Positions 9,002-18,688 of a stretch of DNA of 64,000 bases are shown piece by piece; position 1 is the first letter of the stretch, and the number at the start of each line of letters is the position of its first letter. The notes under the pieces were generated by a model. That model had not been told where the DNA came from. It saw only the letters and a list, made by a program, of their open reading frames with translations, and did no database searches. The DNA comes from a virus (Duplodnaviria > Caudoviricetes): the IMG/VR virus record IMGVR_UViG_2899924645_000001, positions 16,355-80,354 of that record; one strand, given 5' to 3'. A program made the translations under genes and the position numbers.

Positions 9002-9511
9002 TCAGGTCTTGGCGATGGTGTCGGCGCTGGCCGTTTGTTCGGGCGCGGTGGCCACGGGTGCCGGCACGCGCGGGACGCCGATGCCGGCGCGGATCTCGGC
9101 GGCGAGTTCGCCGATATCGCGATCCTTGCGGCGCTCCAGCCACAGAAAGACCGCGGCCACGATCCACGGCCCGGGAATGCTGCAGAGCACGAACACGCAG
9201 CCGGTGATCACGAAGAAGCCGGCCTCGGGCGGGAAGGTGGCAAGCCGGGCGAGTGCGGCGCCAGCGGTGAAGACGTCGGGCTTGTGCTGCATGAGCAGCA
9301 CGAGGGCGATGGTGCCCAGGATGAACGAGCTGGCCAGGCAACCCATGACGCGATTGATGAGGTCGTTCCACGCCTGCCCGGGACGCAGTGGCACGAAACG
9401 GATGCCGAGCCAGAAGGCGATCAGGCTCGCAATGACGGGCAGCGAGAGCAGGGCCAGCTTGTAGCCTGCAGCGGTGCCGGCGGCTGCGGCGGTGGTGGTG
9501 GGCTCGGTCAT
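9002..9511 (-). CDS. Holin-like multi-pass membrane protein
   Basis: Three hydrophobic segments; located between X and endolysin (P2 Y position). Confidence 0.65.
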   Translation of the reverse strand: MTEPTTTAAAAGTAAGYKLALLSLPVIASLIAFWLGIRFVPLRPGQAWNDLINRVMGCLASSFILGTIALVLLMQHKPDVFTAGAALARLATFPPEAGFFVITGCVFVLCSIPGPWIVAAVFLWLERRKDRDIGELAAEIRAGIGVPRVPAPVATAPEQTASADTIAKT

Positions 9512-9552
9512 GGTGTGGTGTCGTAGGGTTGAAGTGGGCATGGCGATGTCTC

Positions 9553-9765
9553 CTAGTCCCAGAGCTGCACGGTGTCGATGCGGGCAGCATTGGCGGGGAG
9601 GTCTGGCAGCACGATGGCGAGGCCAATCGGAAGGATCGGTCCCAGGTCTGCGAGGCCGGGATTCATTCGGTACGTTGCCTCGGTGACGCCCGCCGTTGCG
9701 CCGAGGTGACGCAGGCACAGCAGATCCACCGTGTCGTGCTGCTGGGTGACAACGGTCCGCGGCAT
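9553..9765 (-). CDS. X: Tail protein X
   Basis: VVTQQHDTVDLLCLRHLG...NPGLADLGPILPIG...TVQLWD. Confidence 0.93.
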   Translation of the reverse strand: MPRTVVTQQHDTVDLLCLRHLGATAGVTEATYRMNPGLADLGPILPIGLAIVLPDLPANAARIDTVQLWD

Positions 9766-9767
9766 GG

Positions 9768-10265
9768 CTAGATCAGCTCGACGGTCAGGCGCGAGGCGCC
9801 CAGGATGTCGCGCACTGCCCAGGTGGCATCGCGGCGGTGGTGCTCGGCCTGGTCCTCGCGGGCTTCGTCCTGATCCTTGCGGCGCTCGCGCCCGGTGGTG
9901 TCGTAGTCGCTGTAACGCTCGATCAGGTTGGCCTTGGCATAGCAGTGCACAGCGCGGCGAAAGCGCTGCACGTTGATCGACTCGCCGTCGACCTTCAGGG
10001 CGGGTACCGCGGCCAGCGAGGCGTGGCCTTCGTCCTCGCGGCTCTTCGCCCAGGTGGCGAGCTGGCCGACGGTGGCCGCGACCGCCTCCTGCACTGCCGG
10101 TAGCAGTCGCTGGGGCGTGATGGTGCCGTCGAGCCGCATGGCGTCGCGCAGGGCCGCGAGGTCGATCTCGGGCCACCATGCGCCAGCGGACACCTTGCCC
10201 AGCGGCGCCGGGTCGCTGGGCGGTGTGGTGCGCACGAGGGGCGGGGCTGCAGCGATGAGGGACAT
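9768..10265 (-). CDS. L: Head completion protein L
   Basis: WWPEIDLAALRDAMRLDGTITPQRL...YAKANLIERYSDYDTT...LTVELI. Confidence 0.92.
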   Translation of the reverse strand: MSLIAAAPPLVRTTPPSDPAPLGKVSAGAWWPEIDLAALRDAMRLDGTITPQRLLPAVQEAVAATVGQLATWAKSREDEGHASLAAVPALKVDGESINVQRFRRAVHCYAKANLIERYSDYDTTGRERRKDQDEAREDQAEHHRRDATWAVRDILGASRLTVELI

Positions 10266-10391
10266 GGTCGGTCTCGGGCTTGAGGTCTCTGGCTCGGTAT
10301 AGGTGGGCGGTGGCCGTGGCGCGTTGTGGTGATGGCTCAGCCTTTCACGCAGCGCCACGGGCCGCCCGGCACGCGGGGGTGCTCGGTTGCG

Positions 10392-11312
10392 CTACTTCGC
10401 GGCGGCGCGCTTGCGCGCGGGGGCCGTGGATTTCCTCGCCGGTGCCGCGTTCTTGTGGCTGCTGGCCGGCGAGGCCGTAGCGGGTTGTTCGGGTGGGGCG
10501 GCGGTCGACGCCTCGGCTGTCGGCTCGACGCTCGCGCCGGCCTTGTTGAGCGCGCGCTCGACGCGCTCGATGTCCTTTTTCACGCCGGCATTGCTGTCCA
10601 GCTCCAGGGCACGCTGCAGGCGCGCAAGGGCCAGCGACAGCGCCCCCGGCTCGATTGCGGAAAGGTCAGGCTCTTCGGCCGTCTGCACCTTGCCGAGCGC
10701 CGCGTAGGCAATGGCCTTGTGCAGCTTGGCGCGTGCTTGGTCGGGCGCATCCTGCTCGGCCGTCAAGGTGTCGGCCTCGATGAGCAGCGTGGCCGCTTGC
10801 GCCCGTGTGCGGGCGGGATCATCGTCGAGCGTTATGGGCGCCAGATGCCGCACGTTCTCGGCGTCGAGCTGCACGAACAGGGGCGACCATTGGCCCTTCA
10901 GGTAGGCATTGGCCAGTTCATCAATCACGATGGCGGCCGGGCTGCGCTTGTAGTCGTCGGCCATGGCCATGCGATGGCGGATGACATAGGCCGCGATGTC
11001 CAGGCCCAGGCGGTAGGCGCCGGCGTCGAACGCCCACACCATCACCGTGGTGAGCACCTGATCCACGGCGCCCCGGCCCGTGTCGAGCGAGGTGTAGATC
11101 CAGTCGAAGTATTCCGGCAGCAGCCGGGCCTTCATTTCGGCGCGGCGCTCGTGCGACTGGATCTGCGACAGGCGGTTCTTGTCCTGCGAGAGCTTGACGC
11201 GCATGAGGCCGTAGGCATCGCCCTGCAGCTCGACGCCGTAGGGGCTGGCGGCCTGGGCCTGTTCTTGCAGAACGCGCGCGCGGTGGCGCTGTGCGGGGCT
11301 GAGTGGGCGCAT
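10392..11312 (-). CDS. M: Terminase small (endonuclease) subunit M
   Basis: LSPAQRHRARV...DQVLTTVMVWAFDAG...RAKLHKA...LELDSNAGVKKDIER. Confidence 0.92.
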   Translation of the reverse strand: MRPLSPAQRHRARVLQEQAQAASPYGVELQGDAYGLMRVKLSQDKNRLSQIQSHERRAEMKARLLPEYFDWIYTSLDTGRGAVDQVLTTVMVWAFDAGAYRLGLDIAAYVIRHRMAMADDYKRSPAAIVIDELANAYLKGQWSPLFVQLDAENVRHLAPITLDDDPARTRAQAATLLIEADTLTAEQDAPDQARAKLHKAIAYAALGKVQTAEEPDLSAIEPGALSLALARLQRALELDSNAGVKKDIERVERALNKAGASVEPTAEASTAAPPEQPATASPASSHKNAAPARKSTAPARKRAAAK

Positions 11313-11393
11313 GGTGGTGTTCCGGGCTGGTGAGGAGGGCGCGGGGCCGAGTGCGGCCCGCGCGCGGTCTTTCGTCAGACTTTTGGCGCGGGC

Positions 11394-12413
11394 CTAGTTG
11401 GCGAGTTCGATGTTTTCCACGAGGGCCGCGCGGCCGTAGTCCTCGACGACATAGGCGTCGTTCGAAGATTCGTAGTTCTCGATCTGGTCGCGCTCGGGCA
11501 CGTCCTTGATGTTTCGGCGGCGTGCATCGCGCTGCCAGTACAGCGACAGGTTGGACAGGGTCGTCACCATCACCTTGCCAGCCGGGAAGAACGGCACGGT
11601 GACGGCCTGCAGGCCGCCTACGCGCTTCTGGCTGATGATGATGTCGGCGGCCAGAGACTCGGTCGGCGGCTGGTCCTTGTTGACCAGTGGAAAGTACTTG
11701 TCGTGCATCAGCCCACGGCCGACGACGGCGACGAGGTCCGGGTCTTCCTGATACCAGGGGTCCAGCAGCGTGATGGCGTCGTAGACGACGGCATCGAGGT
11801 TGGCGTAGTCGCTGGTCGCCTTGTCCGCGCCGACGATGACCTTGCCGGCCTGCTTGCTGCCCTGGGCGAGCACGTTCTCCGGCGCGTGCTCGCGCATGTG
11901 CTGCAGCCAGCCCTTGTTCACGTCCTGCAGCAGCGGGTTCGCGGCGAGATCGGTGGTGGCGGCGATGCTGGTGCCGTTGAAGCCGACGCAGATGCGGTCG
12001 AGCGTCTGGCGCCGGATGATGGCGTCTCGCAGCAGGGTCTGGAAGTTGGGGAAACCGGCCCAGGCGTCGAGCTGCGCATAGCGGATGGCAGTGTCGAAGT
12101 TGGTCTGCACGCAGCGGTACTGGTTGTCGTCGAGCGCTGCGAGGTTGCGCGGCTTGCGCGTACCGTTGCCGCTGGTGTCGGTGCGGCTCGCCACCGGACC
12201 GCTCACACCGACGCCGACCTTGGCGGCAATCTGCTCGGTAACGCCGATGACGTTGATGCGCTGCAGGAACGCACTCGATTCCTGCATCTTCGATTCGAGG
12301 GTCTGCTGTACGCGCGGCTCGACATTGAATTTCTGAACGACGCTCGCGACTCCGTTGAGGGTGGCCAGCTGAGTGAAGTAGGCGTCAATGGCCTGGCGAG
12401 TTTCTTTGCGCAT
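11394..12413 (-). CDS. N: Major capsid protein N (P2 family)
   Basis: KFNVEPRVQQTLE...ESSAFLQRIN...NPLLQDVNKGWLQ...NYESSNDAYVVEDY. Confidence 0.97.
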   Translation of the reverse strand: MRKETRQAIDAYFTQLATLNGVASVVQKFNVEPRVQQTLESKMQESSAFLQRINVIGVTEQIAAKVGVGVSGPVASRTDTSGNGTRKPRNLAALDDNQYRCVQTNFDTAIRYAQLDAWAGFPNFQTLLRDAIIRRQTLDRICVGFNGTSIAATTDLAANPLLQDVNKGWLQHMREHAPENVLAQGSKQAGKVIVGADKATSDYANLDAVVYDAITLLDPWYQEDPDLVAVVGRGLMHDKYFPLVNKDQPPTESLAADIIISQKRVGGLQAVTVPFFPAGKVMVTTLSNLSLYWQRDARRRNIKDVPERDQIENYESSNDAYVVEDYGRAALVENIELAN

Positions 12414-12470
12414 GGTGTGTGCTGCCTGTGTGGTGTTGCGGATGAGGTGCTTGCGGTTGGTCGACTTGGC

Positions 12471-13313
12471 TCAGCAGTCGGTCTTCGTGGTGCCGTTGCC
12501 GCCTGTGGCCAGCGGGCGAGTGGTGCCGGTCGGCGTGGTGTCGAGGACGGAGTACTTGGCCTTCAAGTCGGCTACGGTGGTCTGCAGGTCGCCGATGGTT
12601 TTGTCGCGAGCGGACAGCTTCTGTTCGGTGGCGGTGACGTGGGCCGCGAAGGCGTCGCCGATCTGCTCGAAGCCTTCCGCGATGGCGGCGAAGCGCGCAT
12701 CGTCGGTGGCGGTCTTCGCGCCGAACTTCGCCAGGGCACCCGCGACGGCCGCGCGGAACTTGGCTAGGGCGCCTTCGTCGGGCGCGTCCTCGAATTCGAG
12801 GGTGAACTCTTCGGCGGCGGTGAAGAGGTCGTCGGGCTTGTCCTTGCGCGCGGCGAAGGGGTTGGCGCTTGGGTTCTTGGCAGCGAACTCCAGCATTTCG
12901 GTGCCGAGGCTCGCTGGGTTGTCGGTGACGGCCAGGCCGACGAGATAGGCCTTCTCGCTGTCGGCGAAGCGCGGCCGGACTTCCATCGACGAGTAGATCT
13001 TCTGGCGCTTCTTGTTGAGGTCGATCAGCTCATCGGTGGGGGAGATCTGCGCGAAGAGGGCGAGCTTCTTCACGCCGCCGATCTCGACTTCGCCCGTCTT
13101 TACAGCGGTGACATCGCCATAGGCGCGGAAGTCGCTGTTCGGGCTGTAGCCGCGCATGTGCTCGATGTTGACGCGGGCGCCGTAGACGTTCGGGTCGTAG
13201 CTGGCGGCGATCTGTTCCAGCATCGCACGGTCGATGACGCGGCCGTCGCTGGTCGCGCCTTCGACGGCGACGCGGAAGAACTTGGAGACCGGCTTCTTTG
13301 CGGGTGTGGACAT
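12471..13313 (-). CDS. O: Capsid scaffolding protein O
   Basis: SKFFRVAVEGATSDGR...YLVGLAVTDNPASLGTEML; ends TDC. Confidence 0.95.
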   Translation of the reverse strand: MSTPAKKPVSKFFRVAVEGATSDGRVIDRAMLEQIAASYDPNVYGARVNIEHMRGYSPNSDFRAYGDVTAVKTGEVEIGGVKKLALFAQISPTDELIDLNKKRQKIYSSMEVRPRFADSEKAYLVGLAVTDNPASLGTEMLEFAAKNPSANPFAARKDKPDDLFTAAEEFTLEFEDAPDEGALAKFRAAVAGALAKFGAKTATDDARFAAIAEGFEQIGDAFAAHVTATEQKLSARDKTIGDLQTTVADLKAKYSVLDTTPTGTTRPLATGGNGTTKTDC

Positions 13314-13369
13314 TGGTTGGCTCGCTGCTTGTTGAACGGGGTATCGCGTGGTGTTCGCGATGCGGTGAG

Positions 13370-13432
13370 CCAATGGTGTCGGTGCGTCCGTCCGCTCTCA
13401 AGCCGCCGCGCGTGTGGCTGTGGCGGGCACTG
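13370..13432 (-). promoter_or_regulatory. Putative late promoter upstream of O (divergent O/P region)
   Basis: CCAATG (13370) and GCGGGCACTG (13423), 53 bp apart; matches the V upstream region. Confidence 0.45.
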
Positions 13433-13478
13433 TTGGACGTGGTGGTGATGCTTCGCGCGCGCGGGCAACCTCGGCGGC

Positions 13479-15389
13479 ATGCCCCTGAAATCCGCTGCGT
13501 CCGGCCGCACTCGCCGGACTGTTTCTGTCGCTGCGAAGAAGTCCGCGTCGCACCAGCGTGGACGGGCTTCGAACGTCGCCAAAGCGGCGGCGCCTGCTGC
13601 CGATGTGGCCGGCGTCGCGAGCACTGCGGCGGGCCAGATTGCCACGTTGACGCCGCAGGCGCAACCCCGCACCGCGGCGCGGTTCCTCGCGTGGACGGGC
13701 TGGAAGGTCAAGCAGATCGCGGAGCACCTGGGCGTGCCGGCGTCGACGGTCTACGGCTGGAAGGAGGCCGACAAGTGGGATGACGCGCAGCCGCTCGACC
13801 GAGTGAACGGCGCGCTCGAAGTGCGGCTCATCCAGCTGATTCTGAAGACCGAGAAGACGGGCGGCGACTACAAGGAGATCGACCTGCTGGGCCGGCAGCT
13901 GGAGCGCACGGCCCGCGTCGAGAAGTACCAGCAGACGGGGCGCGAGGGCGACCTGAATCCGAACATCGCGGCACGCAATGCAGCGCCGAAGCGAAAGCCC
14001 AAGCGCAACGAGTTCAGCGAAGACCAGATCGCGCTGCTCGAATCGAAGCTGCGCGAATCGAACTTCCCGTTTCATCAGACGTGGTTCGATCAGCAGTACC
14101 AGCGGCTGCGCGCGATCCTCAAGTCGCGGCAGATCGGCGCGACGTTCTATTTCTCGCGCGAGGCGCTGCTGTCGGCCGCGAAGGAGGGGCGCAACAAGCT
14201 CTTTCTGTCGGCCTCGAAGGCGCAGGCCCACCAGTTCCGAAGCTACATCGTGGATTTCGCGAAAGAGGTCGATGTCGACCTCAAGGGCGAGAACATCAAG
14301 CTTTGGAACGGCGCCGAGCTGATCTTCCTGGGCACGAACGCGATGACGGCCCAGTCGTATCACGGCGACTTCTACTTCGATGAGTTCTTTTGGGTTCCGC
14401 GCTTTCGGACCATCAACAAGCTGGCCAGCGCGATGGCTTCGCACAAGCACTGGCGCAAGACCTACTTCTCGACGCCGTCGGCGATGTCGCACGAGGCCTA
14501 TGGCTTCTGGACCGGCGACGACAGGAACAAGGGCCGCGCGAAGAAAGACCACGTCCGTATTGACACGACGCACAGGACGTTGCGCGGCGGGGCGTTGGGT
14601 CTCGACCGGAAGTGGCGCGACATCGTCACAGTGGAAGACGCTGTGGCGCTGGGCTTCGATCTCTTCGACATCGCCGAGCTGCGCGAGGAATACAGCGTCG
14701 ACGAGTTCGCGAACCTGTTCATGTGCCAGTTCATCGACGACAGCCTTTCGCTGTTCACGCTGGCGCAGATGCAAGCCTGCATGGTCGACAGCTGGGAGAC
14801 GTGGAGCGATGTCAAGCCGTTATGGCTTCGGCCCTATGCGCATCACCCTGTGTGGATCGGCTATGACCCTTCGGATAAGGGCGATGCGGCGGCGTTGGTT
14901 GTCGTGGCGCCGCCGCGGGTGCCCGGCGGCAAGTTCCGCATCCTGCACAGAGAGCAGTTCAAGGGCTCCGACTTCGAGGCCCAGGCCGAGGCGATCCGGC
15001 GCGTCACGCAGCAATACAACGTCGTGCACATCGGCATCGACAAGACGGGCCTTGGCGCCGGCGTTTTCCAGATCGTGGAGAAGTTCTTCCCCCAGGTGAA
15101 GGGCTACCAGTACAGCATCGAGGTGAAGCAACGCCTCGTGCTGAAGGCGCAGCAGGTGATTCACAAGGGCAGGCTCGAGTTCGATGCCGGGTGGACCGAC
15201 ATCGCAGCCTCCTTCATGGCCATCAAACGCGTTCTCACGGCCAGCGGCCGGAATGTGACCTACGACTCGGGCCGCTCGGAAGAGACAGGGCACGCGGATC
15301 TTGCGTGGGCAACGATGCACGCGCTCGACAACGAAACACTCGCCGGCGACGTGGTCGGCGGCAGCTCTCGCATGGAGATTTTTGGATGA
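13479..15389 (+). CDS. P: Terminase large ATPase subunit P
   Basis: N-terminal HTH; ILKSRQIGATFYF; YFDEFFW; FSTPS; GYDP; HADLAWA. Confidence 0.96.
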   Translation: MPLKSAASGRTRRTVSVAAKKSASHQRGRASNVAKAAAPAADVAGVASTAAGQIATLTPQAQPRTAARFLAWTGWKVKQIAEHLGVPASTVYGWKEADKWDDAQPLDRVNGALEVRLIQLILKTEKTGGDYKEIDLLGRQLERTARVEKYQQTGREGDLNPNIAARNAAPKRKPKRNEFSEDQIALLESKLRESNFPFHQTWFDQQYQRLRAILKSRQIGATFYFSREALLSAAKEGRNKLFLSASKAQAHQFRSYIVDFAKEVDVDLKGENIKLWNGAELIFLGTNAMTAQSYHGDFYFDEFFWVPRFRTINKLASAMASHKHWRKTYFSTPSAMSHEAYGFWTGDDRNKGRAKKDHVRIDTTHRTLRGGALGLDRKWRDIVTVEDAVALGFDLFDIAELREEYSVDEFANLFMCQFIDDSLSLFTLAQMQACMVDSWETWSDVKPLWLRPYAHHPVWIGYDPSDKGDAAALVVVAPPRVPGGKFRILHREQFKGSDFEAQAEAIRRVTQQYNVVHIGIDKTGLGAGVFQIVEKFFPQVKGYQYSIEVKQRLVLKAQQVIHKGRLEFDAGWTDIAASFMAIKRVLTASGRNVTYDSGRSEETGHADLAWATMHALDNETLAGDVVGGSSRMEIFG

Positions 15390-16453
15390 GCAAACGCAAG
15401 GGCACGCACGCCCACAGATCGACGCACGCCGCGCCGTTGGCTAATGCTGACGCCGCGGGTGCGAACCTGATGGCACAGCCGGGCGGTGGCGCTGTCGCGG
15501 CCTTCAGTTTCGGCGACCCCGAGCCGGTGAGCCGCATTCAGCTGCTCGACTACGTCGAGAGCATGTTCAACGGCCGCTGGTACGAGCCGCCGCTTCCATG
15601 GGAAGGGCTGGCGAGCGCGTTCCGGGCTTCGCCGCACCATGGCTCTGCGATCTTCCTGAAGCGCAATCTGCTTAAGACGATGTTCATCCCGCACCCACGG
15701 CTGTCGAGCGCGACATTCGGCGCGATGGCGCTGGATTTCTTGGTCTTCGGCAATGCCTACGTCGAGCAGCCGCGCGCCGCAACGGGCCGGCCGCTGGCGC
15801 TGCAGCACGCGCTGGCCAAATTCACGCGGCGCGGGGAAGAGGAGGGCCGCTACTTCTTCGTGCGTGGCTGGCATCAGGAGCACGAGTTCCCCGCTGGCTC
15901 GGTTTTCCATCTGCGTGAAGACGATGTCAATCAGGAGGTCTATGGCCTGCCCGAGTACATCAGCGCGCTGCAGTCGGCCTGGCTCAACGAGTCGGCCACG
16001 ATGTTCCGGCGCAAGTACTACGCGAACGGCTCGCATGCGGGCTTCATCCTGTACCTGTCGGATGCGCAGGTCAGCACCACCGACGCGGACGCGTTGCGCG
16101 AGGCGCTGAAGGGGGCGAAGGGGCCGGGCAATTTCCGGAATCTGTTCCTGCATGCGCCTGGTGGCAAGTCCGATGGCCTGAAGCTGATCCCCGTTAGCGA
16201 GGTGGCTGCGAAGGACGACTTCGCGGCGATCAAGAACGTGAGCAAGGACGACGTGCTCGCCGCCCACCGCGTGCCGCCGGGCCTGCTCGGCATCGTGCCG
16301 ACCAACGCCGGCGGGTTCGGCAATGCGCCGGACGCGCTGGGGGTGTTCATCGACAACGAGATCCGGCCGCTGATGCAGCGCTTTCGCGAGCTCAACGAGT
16401 GGGCAGGGGAGGAACTGGTGCGGTTCCTCGTGCCGGAGCGGAAGGCCGCGTAA
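15386..16453 (+). CDS. Q: Portal protein Q (PBSX family)
   Basis: AFSFGDPEPV...WYEPP...QEVYGLPEY...LNESATMFRRKYYANGSHAGFI...AHRVPP. Confidence 0.96.
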   Translation: MSKRKGTHAHRSTHAAPLANADAAGANLMAQPGGGAVAAFSFGDPEPVSRIQLLDYVESMFNGRWYEPPLPWEGLASAFRASPHHGSAIFLKRNLLKTMFIPHPRLSSATFGAMALDFLVFGNAYVEQPRAATGRPLALQHALAKFTRRGEEEGRYFFVRGWHQEHEFPAGSVFHLREDDVNQEVYGLPEYISALQSAWLNESATMFRRKYYANGSHAGFILYLSDAQVSTTDADALREALKGAKGPGNFRNLFLHAPGGKSDGLKLIPVSEVAAKDDFAAIKNVSKDDVLAAHRVPPGLLGIVPTNAGGFGNAPDALGVFIDNEIRPLMQRFRELNEWAGEELVRFLVPERKAA

Positions 16454-16561
16454 GGCCAGTGAACCTACGCGCTCAGAGACTCGGGGTGCCTTCCTACGAT
16501 TGCACGGTTGCGACTAGCGGCGTATGGGAGAGGCCCAATGTCTCCTGATCCAGAGTGCGCG

Positions 16562-18004
16562 CTACTTGGCGAGCGCGAAGAACTGCGGCCGGTTGGCTCC
16601 GGCCGCGTGCACGGTTTGCAGAGCGAGCGCGCCGGTGCTCCGGTCGATCGTAAAGACCGAGATCGTGTTGTCGCCCTGGTTCGCCGTATAGGCGAACCGG
16701 CCTGTGCGATCCACGGTGACGGAGTTGGGCGTGTTGGCGCCGACGGAGAACGGCTGGCCCGGTACGGCCGTCAGCGCGCCGGTTCGTGGGTTGATGGCGT
16801 AGGCCGAGACGTTGTGGGAATTCCTGTTCGCAACGTACACGAAGCGACCGGTCGGATCGATGGCCATGCCAAAGGGCGTGTTACCGGAGGGCACCGAGCC
16901 GATCGAAGTCAACGCGCCTGTGGTTTGGTCAATGGAATAAGCGCGCAGGGTGCCGGGGTTGTTGCCAGTGCTCACGTAGGCGAAACGGCCGCTGGGTTCA
17001 GCCGCGACGTCGACGATGCCGCTGACTGGCAGCGCAACCGACGCGGGTGGCGAGATCGGAACGCCGGTGCCCTGATCCAAGCGGAACACCTCGATGGACG
17101 CGCCGTTGGGCACGAACGCGAATCGCCCCTCGGGATCGAAACCTAACTTGCGACTGTTGCCGCCGGCCACGGCCACGGCCGTGCTGCCGTCGAGGTCGCC
17201 GGTGGTGGCGTCGATATTGAGCCGATGGATCTGCCCATCGCCGATCACGTAGGCAAAACGTCCCTTGGGTTCGACGCCGACAAAAACCGGGCTCGTGCCG
17301 ACGCCGGTGGTCAGATTGAGGTTCTGCGACAGCGTGCCGGCGGGGTCGATGGTGGATTGAGTGACGCCTTCGGTCCCGACGTAGACGCTGGTGTAGAGCT
17401 TTTTCCCCGAGGGATGCGCGGTCACGTGCTGGGGCGTGCCTGCCAAGGGGTACGCAGTGGCTGCTGACAAGCTGCCATCCGGAGAAACGGTGTATGCAGT
17501 CAGACTGTTCGATCCCTCATTGGCCGCAAAGCCGAAACGGTCGGCTCCGGCCTCCGAGCAATTGACCGTCACCGAGCTCACCGCCGCCCCCGCAACCGTT
17601 CCGAAGGCCTGTTTCGCAACACAGACCTGCAGCGCCGTGGGCTGCGTCTTCACGGTCACGCCGTACTCGGCACCGTCGTCCAGCGAAGAAGCGAAGCTGA
17701 AGCTCCCGTCGGCGGCTACGGCCAGGTCGTCACCTGCGTTGTTCTGCAGCACCAGCCCGCTGCCTGCCAGGCCGGTGACGGTGCCGCCGACAGTGAACTT
17801 CAGCGCGCCCGCTGGCGGCGCAGGGGGAGGCGGCGGCGGCGGTGGCGGGGGTGGCGGCGGCGCGTCGCCTACGCCGCTGTTGGCCGGAGGAAAGGGACCA
17901 AAGGAGAAGCCTCCGCCTCCACCGCCGCCGCACGATGTAAGCATCAAGGGCACGGCGATGGCCAGGGCGAGGCTCAGGCGGGTGCGACAGGGCAGTGGCG
18001 GCAT
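16562..18004 (-). CDS. Lipoprotein with Ig-like domain and lactonase-family beta-propeller (moron)
   Basis: Lipobox LMLTS|C, Gly and Pro runs, FTVGGTVTGL..GLVLQNN Ig-like repeat, repeated DP.GRFAYV blades; start MPPLPCRT at 18004. Confidence 0.82.
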   Translation of the reverse strand: MPPLPCRTRLSLALAIAVPLMLTSCGGGGGGGFSFGPFPPANSGVGDAPPPPPPPPPPPPPAPPAGALKFTVGGTVTGLAGSGLVLQNNAGDDLAVAADGSFSFASSLDDGAEYGVTVKTQPTALQVCVAKQAFGTVAGAAVSSVTVNCSEAGADRFGFAANEGSNSLTAYTVSPDGSLSAATAYPLAGTPQHVTAHPSGKKLYTSVYVGTEGVTQSTIDPAGTLSQNLNLTTGVGTSPVFVGVEPKGRFAYVIGDGQIHRLNIDATTGDLDGSTAVAVAGGNSRKLGFDPEGRFAFVPNGASIEVFRLDQGTGVPISPPASVALPVSGIVDVAAEPSGRFAYVSTGNNPGTLRAYSIDQTTGALTSIGSVPSGNTPFGMAIDPTGRFVYVANRNSHNVSAYAINPRTGALTAVPGQPFSVGANTPNSVTVDRTGRFAYTANQGDNTISVFTIDRSTGALALQTVHAAGANRPQFFALAK

Positions 18005-18316
18005 TTCTTTTACTTTAGGAAACAAATGTGGCGGCGATGTTATCGGGACGCGCTGCCATTTGCACGCCCCGCGGCTGGCCGCCACTTCGTGCCAGATGCT
18101 GTCGAATTCAGCCACTTCGTCCAGCGTCGCACCGCCGTGGTGGTTTGGATGACGCAGATTCGCGCAGATGGCCTCCAAACACGACTTGTTCGCTCAAAGG
18201 TCCCCTTGCCCTTGCCTTGGGCCGCTCGGCCTCTCCATGGGGCTGCCACGGGCCTCGTAGCGATCCCGCCGCCTCCACGACCGTCCCCCCGACGCGGGCC
18301 GCCCGTCCCCGCCGAC

Positions 18317-18370
18317 GCGCGGTCTAGCCCCCACCGAGCCCGCGGGCTTCGGGTAGTTGTTTTTACGACC
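18317..18370. other. P2-type cos region; candidate 19-nt cohesive end at 18322-18340
   Basis: GCGCGGTCTAGCCCCCACCGAGCCCGCGGGCTTCGGGTAGTTGTTTTTACG resembles the Q-distal cos motif of P2-like phages; reverse complement GGCTCGGTGGGGGCTAGAC shares 11/19 positions with P2 GGCGAGGCGGGGAAAGCAC (from memory). Confidence 0.6.
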
Positions 18371-18437
18371 CGGTCGGTGAGGTTTTAGGGGGGGCGGGTG
18401 TTGGAGCCGCGGTTGCTGTGCGAGGAGCGCCCCATGT

Positions 18438-18457
18438 ACCCGTTATTACGGGTTTTT
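18438..18457 (+). terminator. Possible intrinsic terminator
   Basis: ACCCGT-TATT-ACGGGT followed by a T run. Confidence 0.4.
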
Positions 18458-18688
18458 CTCTCGTTATGCGTCGCGAGCCGGAGCTGTCGCAGCTGCGGGC
18501 TGTCTTGGGTAGACCAACACGTACGGCTACAGCTGGCCTTAGCCGTCGTTCACTGGCGAGAAGCGACCGACCGCGATTGTTGCGGTCTCGTCCCGAAGCC
18601 GCCGGATGACTGCCGTCATCGAAAGCTGACGTAGCTAACGCTCGGCGTTCGAGTACGCGGCGCGTCGTGGGCGTGCGGAAGCGTTGAT

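Noticed and set aside
1-13313. R-type tailocin
   Set aside because: A complete P2 head and packaging set (L, M, N, O, P, Q) and a cos-like site accompany the tail genes
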